A DNA stretch of 64,000 nt from Antechinus flavipes (taxonomy: Eukaryota). Under the pieces are notes generated by a model. The model saw only the letters and a list, made by a program, of their open reading frames with translations. It searched no databases and was not told where the DNA came from. The DNA is taken from contig NC_067403.1 in NCBI RefSeq assembly GCF_016432865.1, forward strand, positions 80,848,001 through 80,912,000. Direction: 5' to 3'. The translations under genes were made by a program, and so were the position numbers. This document shows positions 36,711-49,289 of the stretch, one piece after another (the stretch's first letter is position 1; each line of letters begins with the position of its first letter).

Positions 36711-39639
36711 TCAATCATGTCACTTATTTTGTGACACTGACTGTTCGATCTTTAGTGGCCCTCTCCAGCAAAGAGACTGCAATACTTTTAAGGGTAGTAA
36801 GGAAAACTGCAAATCAAAAAAGAAAACCTTTAAATCCTAGGTTCTTCTCTTGGAGGTCTAAGAAGTGGTGGATAGATTTCAGTGGAGGTGGAATGGAGCT
36901 GTGAATTTATTTTCACTAATCTAATTGAAATTAAACATTTTCTTTAGTCATAAATGCAGGCGGTGAACATTCTAAGAAAGGGGGGGTGCTTAAGAATGGA
37001 AGAAATGGGCTTAAAAAGTGAAATTGCCTTAAACTAACTTTTTAACATTTATTTTTCCTACTTGGAAGGATATCCATTTTCTCTCTGTACAGTGGCTTCT
37101 CCTCAGGGCTTTGTTTGTAAATGTTTAACAACCAACTATCTTATTTTTAAAAGTGTACACAAGATGTTTAAATTTAATCTGCATTATTAGTTTCACCAGA
37201 CTGAAGGGGGGGGTAATAGTGAAGACTGTTCCACAACATAAAAAAAGCTAAAGATCTTATCCTAAATGGTCTTTAAAATTTATATCTGAGGGAGTGGTTT
37301 CTGTGTAATTTTAATCAAATCGACTGACATTTGAAAGGGAAATTTTGCTCAGTCCTCTTCTTCTGCTGTTGTGATTTATGTGACAGAGGTAATAGGTTCC
37401 TTATGAGAGGTCATTTAGCCCAACTCCCTCACTTTGCACATGGCAAACTGAGGACTGGAATGGGCAGGCACCTAGGAAGTAGACCTCATTAAAACTTTGA
37501 AAATTGTGACCCCTTAAAACCTGGATTCTCTGGGGAACAAGAGACCTATGAAGAGAGAAGACCTTGTTCATGGATTGCTCCGCATCTGTGGTTGGGCCAT
37601 GACGGCTGGGCTTTGTATTTCTGCAAGTGCTATTCATGTAGTTTGGTTCCAAAGCAACCACGTGCTAATATTTAGATAGAGAGAAATAGGATTCCTTTGG
37701 GAGTATTTTTTGTTTTTGACCCCTAAGGGAGGTGTCATGTCTTAGTGGAAAGAAATCCAGTCTGGGAACTGGAAAGGCGGGGGTTCAAGTGCCATGTCAG
37801 ACACAAACTGGTTGTGGGACCCTGGAAGGGTTCCCACTCCTAGGTCTACTTCCAAAGATGGTCAGGGAAAAGATTCTACAGTATGGATAGCAGCTCTCTT
37901 TGGGAGACAAGAAATTGGAAGTTCAGGAGCAAGTTGTGGTGTAAGGTCAGGCTGGGAGAAATGGTGCGCTGATGATTTTAGAAAAACTTGGAAAGTCCCT
38001 AAGGCAACTTTTAAATTGTGGAGGTGCGGACTTGTTTTGGTCCGCCAACGTTGCTCCTCATCTGTATTCCTGACTGTTGGGTGGAAGCTGTGATTCAAAA
38101 ACAAATAAAATTGTGGGGAGCTTCTTTGAAATGTAATCTTAAGTTTTTATATTCTTCATAAGGTTATAAAAGGTTGTAAATCTGAATTGCCCCTACAGAC
38201 TGAGGAAAGCATTTGCAGTACTTTGGGAGTTTTTCTGCCTCTTCCCCAGTGCCTGAGAGTTCTTCCTCAAGTAGGGAGTGGGAGGATGCCCCTGTGGTAG
38301 TAAAAGGCCTCAAGGGTCTTCAGGCCCCCAGGGAAGGCACTTTGTGCTAGCCTTTGTCTGGAGGGAGTCCCCTCCCCCACTCCTACTCCTTTGTGTATAA
38401 TTTGGCCCACATTCCCCATCAGGGAGAATACCCGGCTGGATTTTGCATTCTATCCAGTTATTCCAGATCTGAAAATTTGTATACAACGTACTTTTAACTT
38501 GATTGTGTCTCATTTCTGCTAATAATGCGTCATGGTAGAGCGGCTCTAACGTGATCAGGGAATGTGCTCAGCTCCTCCAAGTTCCGAGCCCCTGGAGGAG
38601 CCTGCAGCTAGGAAGGAGAGTGCCTTGGCCCAGCCGCCAGGCCCATCTCACTGGAGTTAGAATGGAAGCGAGGAATCCAAAGCTGCTGCTTTCTGCCCTG
38701 GGAATTTGAAGATGACTAATGAGATTTTCAAATGTGCAGAGGGGTTGGTAGTAAGGCACATAGCTGTAAGTCATTGTTATTATTTGTAGTGAAGTCTGGC
38801 CAGGATTCTTAGTCAAGCACTGGGGTGTGACTGCTGTTTTATCAGTAACTGTAACAAAATGAAAATGAGAAAGTTGTTTTAAATTCCCGTAGAGACACAT
38901 AAATACACTTATTTCTCAGTAATGCTCTGTATGCACTCTTATTTTACCATCCCCTCGTATAGGCCTGGGGTAGCCCTCCCAGCCCCCATCCCTTAATGTC
39001 CTTGCCTCTTGAGAATTCTTTTTCTTTAAGGACAGCTCTGGTTGCTGCCTTTGCTGGGGCGCCTTTGCCAGATTTCTTCCCTCCTTGGAACGTAGAAGGG
39101 AGTCCTCCTTCCTCAAATCTCTTGAGACTTCTCTCTACCACACACTGGTTGTCTCTAAAAACCTTTTAAATGTTTATATATCCATTTATTATTAAAGCAC
39201 TTTGTTTGGAAAATACATTTTTTAATACCTTTGGATGTGAAAGTACTTTTTGAAAACATGTAAAAATTCCTACGTGCTTCTCAGTCAACCTTTAAGATAT
39301 ATAGGAACACCAGTGAAAATACTGCCTAGATTCTCTCTTGAGGAACTGTTTGTAATTTGGTCAGTTTTTATAACCATTTGTAAAAACAAACATTCCATCC
39401 TGCAAACATCTTTACTTTGCTCCTCTGCCTGCAGATATTAGCTGAACAGGTGAGGGGAAGGGTGAGAAGAAAAATCTATGTCAGTTTTTTTCTCTCCCAT
39501 TGTTTGCTGCCTTTCTTAAGGAAACAATGCAGGGATGTTAAGGTAAGATAAGGGCCCGTGGCCTTGTCCAAGAAGAGATGATTTGCTTTGGGTGAAGTAA
39601 ATGCAGAATTTCTTTTTTCTGTTCCTTTGTGGTTGGATG

Positions 39640-39865
39640 TTACTTAGTACAGTGCTGAGAGGTTCTATTATTTACTGTTTATGTAGCTTGTATATATTAC
39701 ATAGGAGTATGTTGCCTTTCCCCTTAAAATGTAATCTTCTTGAGATCTGGAACTGTTACTATTGTTGTGGCCTTCTGTATCCCCAGTACTTAGCACAATG
39801 ACTGGCACACAGTAGGTGCTTAATGAATGCTTGTTCACTGACTTAGTGTTAAATAAATGCTTTAT
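39640..39865 (+). mobile_element. L2 3' end
   Basis: ttgtatccccagtacttagcacaatgactggcacacagtaggtgcttaatgaatgcttgtt. Confidence 0.8.
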
Positions 39866-40609
39866 TCACTTCTGATTTCATTCCTGATTTAGAAAAAGGA
39901 CAGGTAGTGGAAACTATGGGAAGCCTTGGCTTGCCCCTTGCCTCTCATCACTCCCTCCTGCTTATTAGTGAAATACTAGGTACCTTAACCTGTAATTTCC
40001 CCCTTTCCTCCAGCCACAGCCATATAGAGAAGGCCAGTGATTAACAAAAGTATTTAAAGAAAAAATGGAATCTTCAGCCTGAATACCAGTGCTGGCCCTT
40101 ACCCTGTGCCTTTTACTTCAGGACAGCTCACTGAAGTAAAATTCTAATTTGTGATACCTGTTGTCCTGTGAAGTCAGCCTGAGGGAAAGGCCTTAGCAAC
40201 TGCCTGCATCTGCAGCTTTTCAGGCTGGCCTGAACTCAGGTAAAAGGCTCTCAGACATGCTCCCTGCGCAGGTTCAGCACTGGTCTTGAACCTGAGACAC
40301 TTCCTGTCTCTCTGATTGCTATCTTCCCTACTCTCTGAAGTTTGAACACCCCAGAGTTTATAGAACTGCTGAAACCTTTTTAGGTTCCACTCAATGATTT
40401 TTAAATCTTACAGTGGAAGAGATAAAATCACCTGGAGTTTGTTTCCAGGATTTATAAGCTTCACAGCTACTTGGCTTGAGTAACAATGATTTCTGCCGGT
40501 GAAGTAGAAACGTACATGAGATCTGAATCTCCTTCTGCCTGGGAACCTCCTGAAAAGGGTGATCTGACAACTATTTTGTTCTTATCTGCCTTTTCACGGT
40601 TAAGTGTTG

Positions 40610-40780
40610 AATTTGTAGCATGTGGGTCTATTAGTAAGCATTTGCTTTGTGCCAGGCATTGTACCAGATGGTGGGTCAGAAAAACAAAAATAAGACAATC
40701 CTTGTTCTCAGAGTGCTTACATTCTATCAGGGCAGATGATGTGTGTTTGTGAGTATGTACACGATAAATACAAAATCAGG
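40610..40780 (-). mobile_element. L2 3' end
   Basis: taagcatttgctttgtgccaggcattgt...gacaatccttgttctcagagtgcttacattcta. Confidence 0.7.
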
Positions 40781-41899
40781 ACGCGAACAAAACCAGAGCT
40801 AAAAGGGGTCTTGCCTATCCTTGCCAAAGGAAGCAATGTTGGATAGAATCAGAATACTCGGGGTGGAATCCTGACCGTTTGTGTCATCTTGAGCAGCCTA
40901 CCTTGGTTTCTCAAATCAGCCCGTTTAAGGTTCCTTCTAGTTTTAAATCAATGAACGATCCTGTGGCCTGCTCCAACCCCTTCATTTATTGAGAGCAAAG
41001 GGAAACCAGGAGAAGTTTAATGACTCACTTGGGGTCCCAGAAGTAGTTTGGATATTATTGCAATAACATGGCACCTTCAACCAGGGAGCTGCCAATAGAA
41101 GTGGTTAGCTTGCCAGGGGTGTGTCTGCAGGCTAAGAAAGCTGGGGTCTGTTTGGATGCTTGCATAAGGGGAAATAATTTCAAATACTTCCTTCCTTGGG
41201 GATGTAAGTTCTGGAGTTGGGGGGTGAAGACAGAAGGTAGCAGAATAAGAAGAGAGATGGAGTGTGCTATTATTGCCTTTTTTTGAGTTATTTAAATTCC
41301 CTTTCATTTACTTGTCTGTCTGCAGCATAGTTGGGAAAAGAAGAGGGAACACAAATTAAAAACCCCATCTGCGCTGTCTTATTTAGACATTATTAACACC
41401 TCCAAGCCAAGGGTAGGTTAGGTCAGGTTGAAGATGTCTGGTTCTTTTTCTGAAGAAGATTGGCGGTAGAGCCCTTCTCGGCAGGATATCAGCTGCCTTC
41501 ATGACTCCCCCTCTTACTAGGGATGAACCCCAGTCTTCCTTCTTCCTAAGTAGCTGCTAGAGTTCCTGGTCACAAGGATGAAGAGATGGCACATTCTGAG
41601 GTACCCTTGCACTCAGTCATATAGAGAGCCTACCACTCTGTACCCTCTGGAGAGGAAGGTGTGAACATTTTTTCATTTAGTTAGCATTTGTTAACTGCAT
41701 ACCTGTCTCAAGAAAGTGGATGCAAAGATGAAAAACTCCTTGTCCCCCAGGAGTTCTTATTCTCTTTAATGTGATGGAAGTATTTATGGAGCCAAGAAGT
41801 CAGTGTTTCCATAGTAATTCCAAACCTGCTATTGTCTGAGGTTGGTGGGAGTGGCTTTGAATATGGAAGACAGATCAAACCCGAATAAACTGGTAAGTA

Positions 41900-42100
41900 A
41901 ATGCTATATAGCACCCTGGGCCTGGACCATCCTAACTGCACTTCCCTTCCCCCACAAGTCACTTAACCCGGTTTGCCAAAGTGTCCTCATTTATAAAGTG
42001 AGCTGGAGAAGGAAATGGCAGACTACTATAGTATCTCTACCAAGAAAACCCCAGTGATGTCCCCAAGAATCAGACACAACTGAAAATGACTAAACAATAA
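41900..42100 (+). mobile_element. MAR1-type SINE
   Basis: caagtcacttaacc...gagctggagaaggaaatggcag...ccaagaaaacccc...aatcagacacaactgaaaatgactaaacaa. Confidence 0.75.
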
Positions 42101-43459
42101 GTGTCACTTTCTCCTTTGAGTTTAGATTAATTTATTCCTTTTACCAAAAAACAAAAACAAAATACAGTGTGTATTAACTAGCTGTGGAGTATTAGATGCC
42201 CTCATCAGTTTTAACATAATTCTCATATACATCCACACACATTTCAAGAGAGAAAGATTTCGATAGAATTCTAAGTACAGGGGATGATAATCACTGAGGC
42301 TTGACAAGAAGCACTTTTGGGAAAGTGGACGGTTAGGGGCCCTGGGTTTGAATCCCAGTTCTGTGGGCTTGTGGCCAAGCCATTTTAACCCTCATCTGTA
42401 AAATGAGGGGTTTGGACTAAATGACCTTTGAAGTACCTTCCAGTTTGAAATCTCTGATCCTTTGTGGATTGGAATAAAGTTTGGAAACCCATGAGTAATT
42501 TATTTTTGACCTGTGTGGATAAAATTTGAGTGATCAAAGTTGGGAAAGGAGGATCTTAATTGAGTCGTTTTTAAACCATTACCCTAGAGGCTTCCCTGGA
42601 TTCCCTTCCCTGCAAATCATGTTTTTCAGAAAGTTAAAAATCGGGGAGGTTCAACACATATCCATGTTGCATCACATTGTATGCAATAGCTGTGTGTTTA
42701 CTGTGATGGTCCAGTGCATTTCCCAGCATTCCCTTTCATCCTTCTGCTTCATTTGAATGGGTCATTGTGATTTAGGAGTGGTAGGGAACTTCTCTGGGCT
42801 CTGCTGACATCAAGGGTTTTAATTTTGGCAGAGGCCATCTGGATGGGTGATTCTTGACCATATCTGATTCTGGTTCTAAATCTGTTTGCTGAGAGTTTTC
42901 TAACTGGTTTTGGGTTAAAGGGAGAAATGAAGAGGGAGGGAGGAGCATTGGGAGAGATTCCTCTGTAGGGAAACAAAAATCATTCTCTGAACTTCTTTCT
43001 GAGCAGCATAGTTAATGGATTTCCCAGTGAATGGATACTAGTGATTTTTTAATAGATTGGAATGATTAATAATACCAGATGGATTTAATTCTTCTCTTTT
43101 AGGGACAAAGGACTGTATTTGGGAATCTCTCAAATGCATTCAGGATGGGCATATGCAGGCTAAAAAGGCTTCTGACCACTCTTTCTTGCCCTTGCTTCTT
43201 GTAAGGGGATAAAACTCAGATGGTTTTTTATGTTAGGCTCTTTCATTTCAAAACATTTTTTCTATCACCTTTCATTATAATACATTTTTATATGCATTTT
43301 TACTTCTATCATATATATGTATGTATACACATGAGGAGAGAAGAGAAAAATTTTTCTTTGAAAGTAAATTGTTCAAACGTTATTGCTCTGTGGGAGGTTT
43401 TTCTGAGGTCTGTGTGACACTAGACCCCTGTCATTGCTCATGTTATATTACTTTCTCTG

Positions 43460-43640
43460 AGTCTTTTTCTTTCTGTCTGTCCTTTGTCTCATCTATTTCT
43501 CCTTACCTCCTCTTCTTTCTGTCTCATCCTTCTTTACCTCTTTCTCCCTTCCTCCTCTTCCCGCCTCCCTTTCTTTCTCTCCCTTTTTCCGTCTCATCTT
43601 CTCTTCTATTCTCTACCTTTTCTCCTTCCTCAAATTCTCT
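43460..43640. repeat. Pyrimidine-rich (CT) low-complexity tract
   Basis: Mostly C/T on the + strand. Confidence 0.75.
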
Positions 43641-43939
43641 CCTCTGGACTCTGAACTAAAGGAAAAAAAATGACTTCATGCTAAATGGATTTTTCTCTTT
43701 GGTTTATTGATGACAGGCTTTCACCAAACTTAGAACCCCAGAAGTGTTCACATAAGGGAAAAAAACTCCCCAAACTTTAGATGATATTTCTTTAATGGAA
43801 ATATGAGGGAAACCTACTTAACTCAAACTGTATAGTATATTAATGTTTTTGTTGTGAAAAATTTTTTATTACTATTTTATTTTTCTATCACCTAAATTAT
43901 TACTTGTATTTTCCCTACTTCATTCCAGAAATCTATTCC

Positions 43940-44150
43940 TTATAAGAAAACATTTTTAATGAAAGAACTTTTTATAAAAAGAAATAGAGAAAAAAAATCA
44001 GTCAACCCAATTAACATATCTGAAAAGTCTTGGAATATGCACCCTGCTCTGTCCCACTTGTCCCTGCTAACCCACAAAGCTGTAAGGTTTGGTGTCTTCT
44101 CTCTTCTTGGGGGCCAGGCTTGTTTTTTTTTTTTTTTTTTTTTTTTTAAT
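43940..44150 (-). mobile_element. Older L1 3' region fragment plus poly-T run
   Basis: aaaatcagtcaacccaattaacatatctgaaaagtc...ggggccaggcttg followed by a long T run. Confidence 0.5.
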
Positions 44151-44666
44151 TCATTCAAAATAGAGGCTTTTTCTGGAATCTTCCCCTCTTTTTTGTTTCT
44201 TTTTGGATTCTGGACTCCTTAGAGTAAAGAGAGGGTCAGGTTGACCCTGGCTTAAGGTACTATTCAAAAGAACTGCATTTAGCTAAAGTGTCCTGTGTCT
44301 GTCCTTACAGATTTACTGATTCATGGGAATTTGTGGGAAACCTTTTGTTTTTATTCTGTTTTCACAGCTAATGAGAAATCAACTGAGTAATTTCTCTGAA
44401 GCTGCTGACTTATTTTGAAATTGAAAGAGAAGAAACATCATTTCTGGCTTGAAACAGAATCAGAGGACTAGACTTGGCCTGGGGGGTTCAGTACTTCCTT
44501 TCCCTTTGTTCTTTCGCACATACTTGAGAGGTTTCTGTAGGTGCTTCTCCCTCCCTACCACTTTTTATTTTTTTAAAGAATGAGAGAAGTACTCTAGGTT
44601 AATGGTATGATTACCAAAGTTATTTTAGTTTTAAAAACATTTTAAAGCAATTAGCAAAAACCCTCT

Positions 44667-44821
44667 NNNNNNNNNNNNNNNNNNNNNNNNNNNNNNNNNN
44701 NNNNNNNNNNNNNNNNNNNNNNNNNNNNNNNNNNNNNNNNNNNNNNNNNNNNNNNNNNNNNNNNNNNNNNNNNNNNNNNNNNNNNNNNNNNNNNNNNNNN
44801 NNNNNNNNNNNNNNNNNNNNN
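44667..44821. other. Assembly gap (155 N)
   Basis: Run of n in the sequence. Confidence 1.
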
Positions 44822-45189
44822 GTTTAAAGTAGTAAGTAGCCATAGTGGATAACAGGCTGGACTTGGAGGTTTGTTGGAAAATATAGAGGTAGTCAGACTC
44901 CGTGACCTCCAGACTTCCAGCTGTAAATCTAAGATTATATGATGATAATTTAAGAAGGGAAATTGGGTGGGTTTTGTAACTGTTACAAAAATCATGGCTT
45001 CCAGATTCAGTGTTTTGTTTTGTGAAGTCAGAACAGACATCAGGAATTAGAGGGGGATTTTTATAGAGGAGATTTCTCTCCAAAGCAGGGTTTGTCAAGC
45101 CTGATCTGCTCTAACTCCTGCTAATATGAGACTCGGGATTTCTGAATTCTTGCTATTTTAATTGTCTGTAACTACAGTTATTGAATCAT

Positions 45190-45460
45190 AGATTGTGGGT
45201 GAGTGTGCACACATGCATACATGCATGCACATACACACATGTCCCTACCTATTTATGTCTAGTGGTAACCACCTCTAAGGGGAGAGGGGAAGAAAGAAAG
45301 AAAGAAAAAGAAATTTACACAATAATTTTGTTGAATATTTGGAGGGAATGGTAAGATTTTACATGATAGACTTGGATTTTAATATGCAGTCATTATTTTT
45401 ATTGTACTATAAAATTGTGGAAATGCTTATTTTGTTCCTTGAATTGAAAATTAAAAAAAT
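45190..45460 (+). mobile_element. L1 3' end fragment
   Basis: gtctagtggtaaccacctctaagggg...agaaatttacacaataattttg...ggaaatgcttattttgttcc...aaaattaaaaaaa. Confidence 0.65.
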
Positions 45461-45489
45461 CATAGATGGTGACTTGTAGTAGTACCAGA

Positions 45490-46040
45490 ATTTGAAAATT
45501 TCCTAGTCATAAACCATTAATTAAGTGTGTACAATGTTCCAGTGCTTGGGCTAAGTGTTGGGGACGCAGATAAAAAGAATCGAACAATTCCTCATCTGAA
45601 TTTTTATATTCTGATGGGGCAGACAACTAGGGTATATGTAGATAAGCCAGTAATACATCTGTTTGATACACTGTGGTTAAATACAATAGTTTGAGAGGGA
45701 AGGCACTAGTAGCTGGGGAATCAGAAAAAGCTTCATGGGAAAGGTGATGCTTGAACTATCTCTTGGTGGAAGAGAGAGATTCTGTGAGAGATCCCAGGCA
45801 TGGGGTTGGATTGGTGCACAAGCAAAATATCAGAGACCGAGCTAAGGCTAGAATATGTGTGGGTGTGTAATATCAAATAGGACTGGAAAGATAAGTTGGG
45901 ACCAGGTTAAGATTTTTAGAAGTATATTTAATTATAAAAGTAATAGGTTGTTATTGAATAAGGGAATGGCATTCAGCTTTGTGCTTAAGGAAAATCCCTT
46001 TAGCCATCATGTAGGGTGGATTGTAGTGAGGAAGGAGATG
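45490..46040 (-). mobile_element. L2 remnant
   Basis: gtgcttgggctaagtgttgggga...ggggaatcagaaaaagcttcatgg...aggtgatgcttgaact; antisense L2 3' region. Confidence 0.65.
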
Positions 46041-46499
46041 CTTCTCTAGGAAGCAAGCTCTACAAAAGTGGACACTGTTTTGTCTGTTTTTCATTCCCTA
46101 GTAGCTGCAGCAGTCTTACTAATTGTAGATAGTTTTATAAACATCAGATGCATTGAATTGGATTGTAAATGACTCTATCCCATTCCCTTAAAAGAGGGTA
46201 CATTTAAAGGCCTTGTTTTATTGGGAGTGGGCACTTTTTTGACCTTTGTCTTTTTCAGATGGATCTAGCTTTATATTTAATTTGACTTCTTCTGAGAGAA
46301 TTACTGTGACTTAACATTTCAATAAAAGAGTTAATTATATCGTAGGTTTATACTATTCAGTGTTCTAACATTTCTGTAGGGTCCTGGTATTCCCCATAGT
46401 GTTTCGGGGGTTTCAGGAAAAAAAGCTTAATGCCAATGGTGTTTTCCATTCTGAAATATTAAATATAAAATTATGACTGTATTAAAATGCATTAAGGAT

Positions 46500-46725
46500 G
46501 AAAATAACTACTAGTTATATAGGGCTTTAAGGTTTACAAATTGCTTGACAAAATTTCTCATTTTATTACTCAACATTCCTGAGAGGTTGGTGCTGTTTAT
46601 ATTTTAATTTTACAGATGAGGAAACTGAGGCAGATTAGCCTCTTCCCTACCCCGGAAAAGATAATACATCTTGTTAGTATTTTGAGGATAGATTTGAACT
46701 TTACTTTTCCTGACTCCAGATTCAT
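46500..46725 (-). mobile_element. MIR
   Basis: ttttacagatgaggaaactgaggcag...gatttgaact. Confidence 0.7.
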
Positions 46726-47222
46726 TGTTTTATATATATCATCTCTTAGCTGGCTTTATTTCTGATATTTTTTAAATCTTCCCCTCTTATCTCAGTAGTA
46801 TTTCTGCAGCCTTAGATGTCGCTATGTAATTCAAGCCCTCAAATGTTTTGAGACTAAATTATTTTGGGAAAAGATATCAGCATCCAACACAGGCCTTCTT
46901 ACTGGACTTATTCCCGTTTCCAGTTTGGGTTCCTAAGGATTTCAAAAGATAATTGTAGTATATTGAAAAGGGGGCTGAACTGGGGTCAGAAGACAGCAGG
47001 TGAAAAGCCTAGCTTGGTCATTACTGTCTGGATAGCCCTGGGTGAATGATGAGCCCTAAAATGAGAGCATTGGACTAGATTAGTCTTGAAGGCCCTCAGC
47101 TCTAAACCTGTGATTCTATGAACTGCTTAGCTTCCCAGTATCTGAACTTGATGACTTTTTTCCCCTTGTACTCTGATGCACATTTTGCATCAGAATATGA
47201 GGGAAAAAAAGTCATCAAGTTC

Positions 47223-47224
<2 letters not shown>

Positions 47225-47262
<38 letters not shown>

Positions 47263-47270
47263 GCGTGCGC
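47225..47270. repeat. (GT)n microsatellite grading into GCGT/GC steps (alternating purine-pyrimidine)
   Basis: About 16 GT units followed by gcgtgtgcgtgcgc. Confidence 0.95.
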
Positions 47271-48529
47271 CACACACACTATGGAAGACATTAGATTTTC
47301 ACAGACACAAATTGAATAGCTCTTGTTCTTCAAGAGTTCACCTTCTTGTGGGAGGATGAAGCAAGTGCAGTAGAAATAGGTCTGTCTCATCCCAGATCTC
47401 TGGCTCTGGATTCAAGAGTCCTGGGGAAGCTTCACCTTGAAGGACTTAGGGTTAAGGTGAGGTTTTTCTCACTGTCTGATACCTTCAAGAGTCACTTCAA
47501 TTTCTGCATTCCCCCCCCCCAATAATACCAGTACCTTCCTGCTGAGCTTACCTCCCATTTACACTATTTCTTTTAGTTTAATTTTTTGGATGTTGTTGTG
47601 CACATTAGATTGGAAGGTGGGTAGAAACTTAAAAAATTCCAATCCTTAGCATTGTGTTTAACTCTAGTAGTAGGTACTAGATAAGTGCTTCTTGTTTGAT
47701 TTCGACTGATTGGCTCTTATAGTTGATTTTAGAGATCTGACAGGTTGAGGCAATTTCCACAATATAAAGCTCTAGGTATTAACATATTCCATTCTAGACT
47801 AGTACTCAATGCACAATCTAGTCAATTAGTTAGATTTCACCATTGTTTTGGGGTGGATTGTTTTCTCCATCTACAATTTTTGGAGATACCTGTTTAAAAT
47901 TGCACTTGGGGGGAAATTTTTCAGTATTAAGTCGTGGCTATTTTTCTTAGATTTATTTATTTTTTTCTTTTTTAAACAGTTCAGTTTTATCTTCTCTTCC
48001 CCTGAGACAAAGTCCTGGGACACTGACAAGCCCATTGGGAAGTAGTGTATGAAATTTCAGTAGTGATATCAAAAGAAATCTTTTCTTATTCTTTCTGAAC
48101 ATTAATAGCAATGTTAGCTAGAGGTTTTTTTTTTTTTTTAAATGAATATGTAATGTTCCCTTCCTTCTGGTGTACTTATCTCCAAAAGACCATTGTCTTG
48201 CGGTGGAGGTTGGCAGGGCAGGGAACTATTCAGTGTGTTCCCTTTACTTCAACAGAGCAATCTGTCATGCAGAACTATTAAGGCTTGGGGGAGGGTGCTT
48301 TTTTGGAGAGTTTGAGTGGGACACTTCTTCACAGGTGTGAAAGGAAGAAATGTTTTGTTTTGAGACTGGAGGAAATAGAGGTAGCAAAAAATTGGCTCTC
48401 CTGCCAAGGAAATCAGTCTCACAGTTCAAAATACACTTCAGTATTTTGGATTGGTCCAAGAACAGCCATTGTTCCTACCAAATATTTCTAGCCTCTATCC
48501 TTCCATAAGCTTTCAGTAGAGGGTTTGCC

Positions 48530-48658
48530 NNNNNNNNNNNNNNNNNNNNNNNNNNNNNNNNNNNNNNNNNNNNNNNNNNNNNNNNNNNNNNNNNNNNNNN
48601 NNNNNNNNNNNNNNNNNNNNNNNNNNNNNNNNNNNNNNNNNNNNNNNNNNNNNNNNNN
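48530..48658. other. Assembly gap (129 N)
   Basis: Run of n in the sequence. Confidence 1.
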
Positions 48659-49096
48659 ATAAGAAAAAAGATCATCTTGTAGAAAGTTTATGGAACTTCT
48701 CAAATAATTCAACTTTTAGAATTCATTCCTTTATTTGGATCCAGAAAGATTGCCTGTTAAACTTTGAGTCACCCCTTTTCTGTCTCTGTGTGTTTTTGGA
48801 GACCAAGTCCTCCATTAGATTTTTCTTGTCCATTTTGATGAGATGTTAGATTAACTATGATTCATGAGTAACAATTCTTGCCGAGCTGGAATTTTTGCAC
48901 TGGTTATTCAGGAACATTTTACTGTCAAGTTGATTATTTTTAAAGCATTTTTAGAACCTAGCTCAAAATATCCTTATAGTAGAGAGAATTTTTATCCACA
49001 TAAGGGCCTTTAGTGAATTTGCCATGTTGTTTTAAGTTCAACATGAAAACTTCAAAAGGATAATAAAATTAACCCTTGTTTTCTTTTTCTTTTTAG

Positions 49097-49165
49097 TTTC
49101 TCAGATAAGCTGTCTATTGGGAAGGGCTTATACTTTCAGCCTTCAGTCCTAGATTTTGAAGTACA
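49097..49165 (+). CDS. TMEM131L: TMEM131L coding exon (human exon 4 equivalent), 69 bp, phase 2/2: (S)[22 protein letters not shown](Q)
   Basis: Polypyrimidine tract ttctttttctttttag acceptor and CA|gtaagt donor. The translation matches recalled human TMEM131L [23 protein letters not shown] and joins in frame to the next exon. Confidence 0.96.
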
Positions 49166-49289
49166 GTAAGTATCTGATTTCTTTTTTTCCCTCTTTATAT
49201 ATTTTGTTCTTAACTTCTTCCCTTCCAGTCAATTTAATTTTATTCGTCCTAATGATATATCACATTTATTGGCTTCTGTCACATTATTC

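Larger units (their letters stand above)
1..49096 (+). other. TMEM131L: Large upstream intron of TMEM131L (intron 3 equivalent, partial)
   Basis: No earlier TMEM131L exon was recognised before 49097. The human orthologue has a very long intron at this position (recalled). The sequence is repeat-rich and non-coding. Confidence 0.8.

Noticed and set aside
44631-45098. 155-aa and 129-aa minus-strand ORFs
   Set aside because: Their length comes from reading through the N gap.
48475-48712. ORFs with X runs
   Set aside because: Artefacts of the second N gap.
1-49096. TMEM131L exons 2 and 3 (AIEPLPNVVELWQ..., GDSEEG...QEQS equivalents)
   Set aside because: Searched by eye and not found. They probably lie upstream, although a diverged 44-nt exon could be missed.
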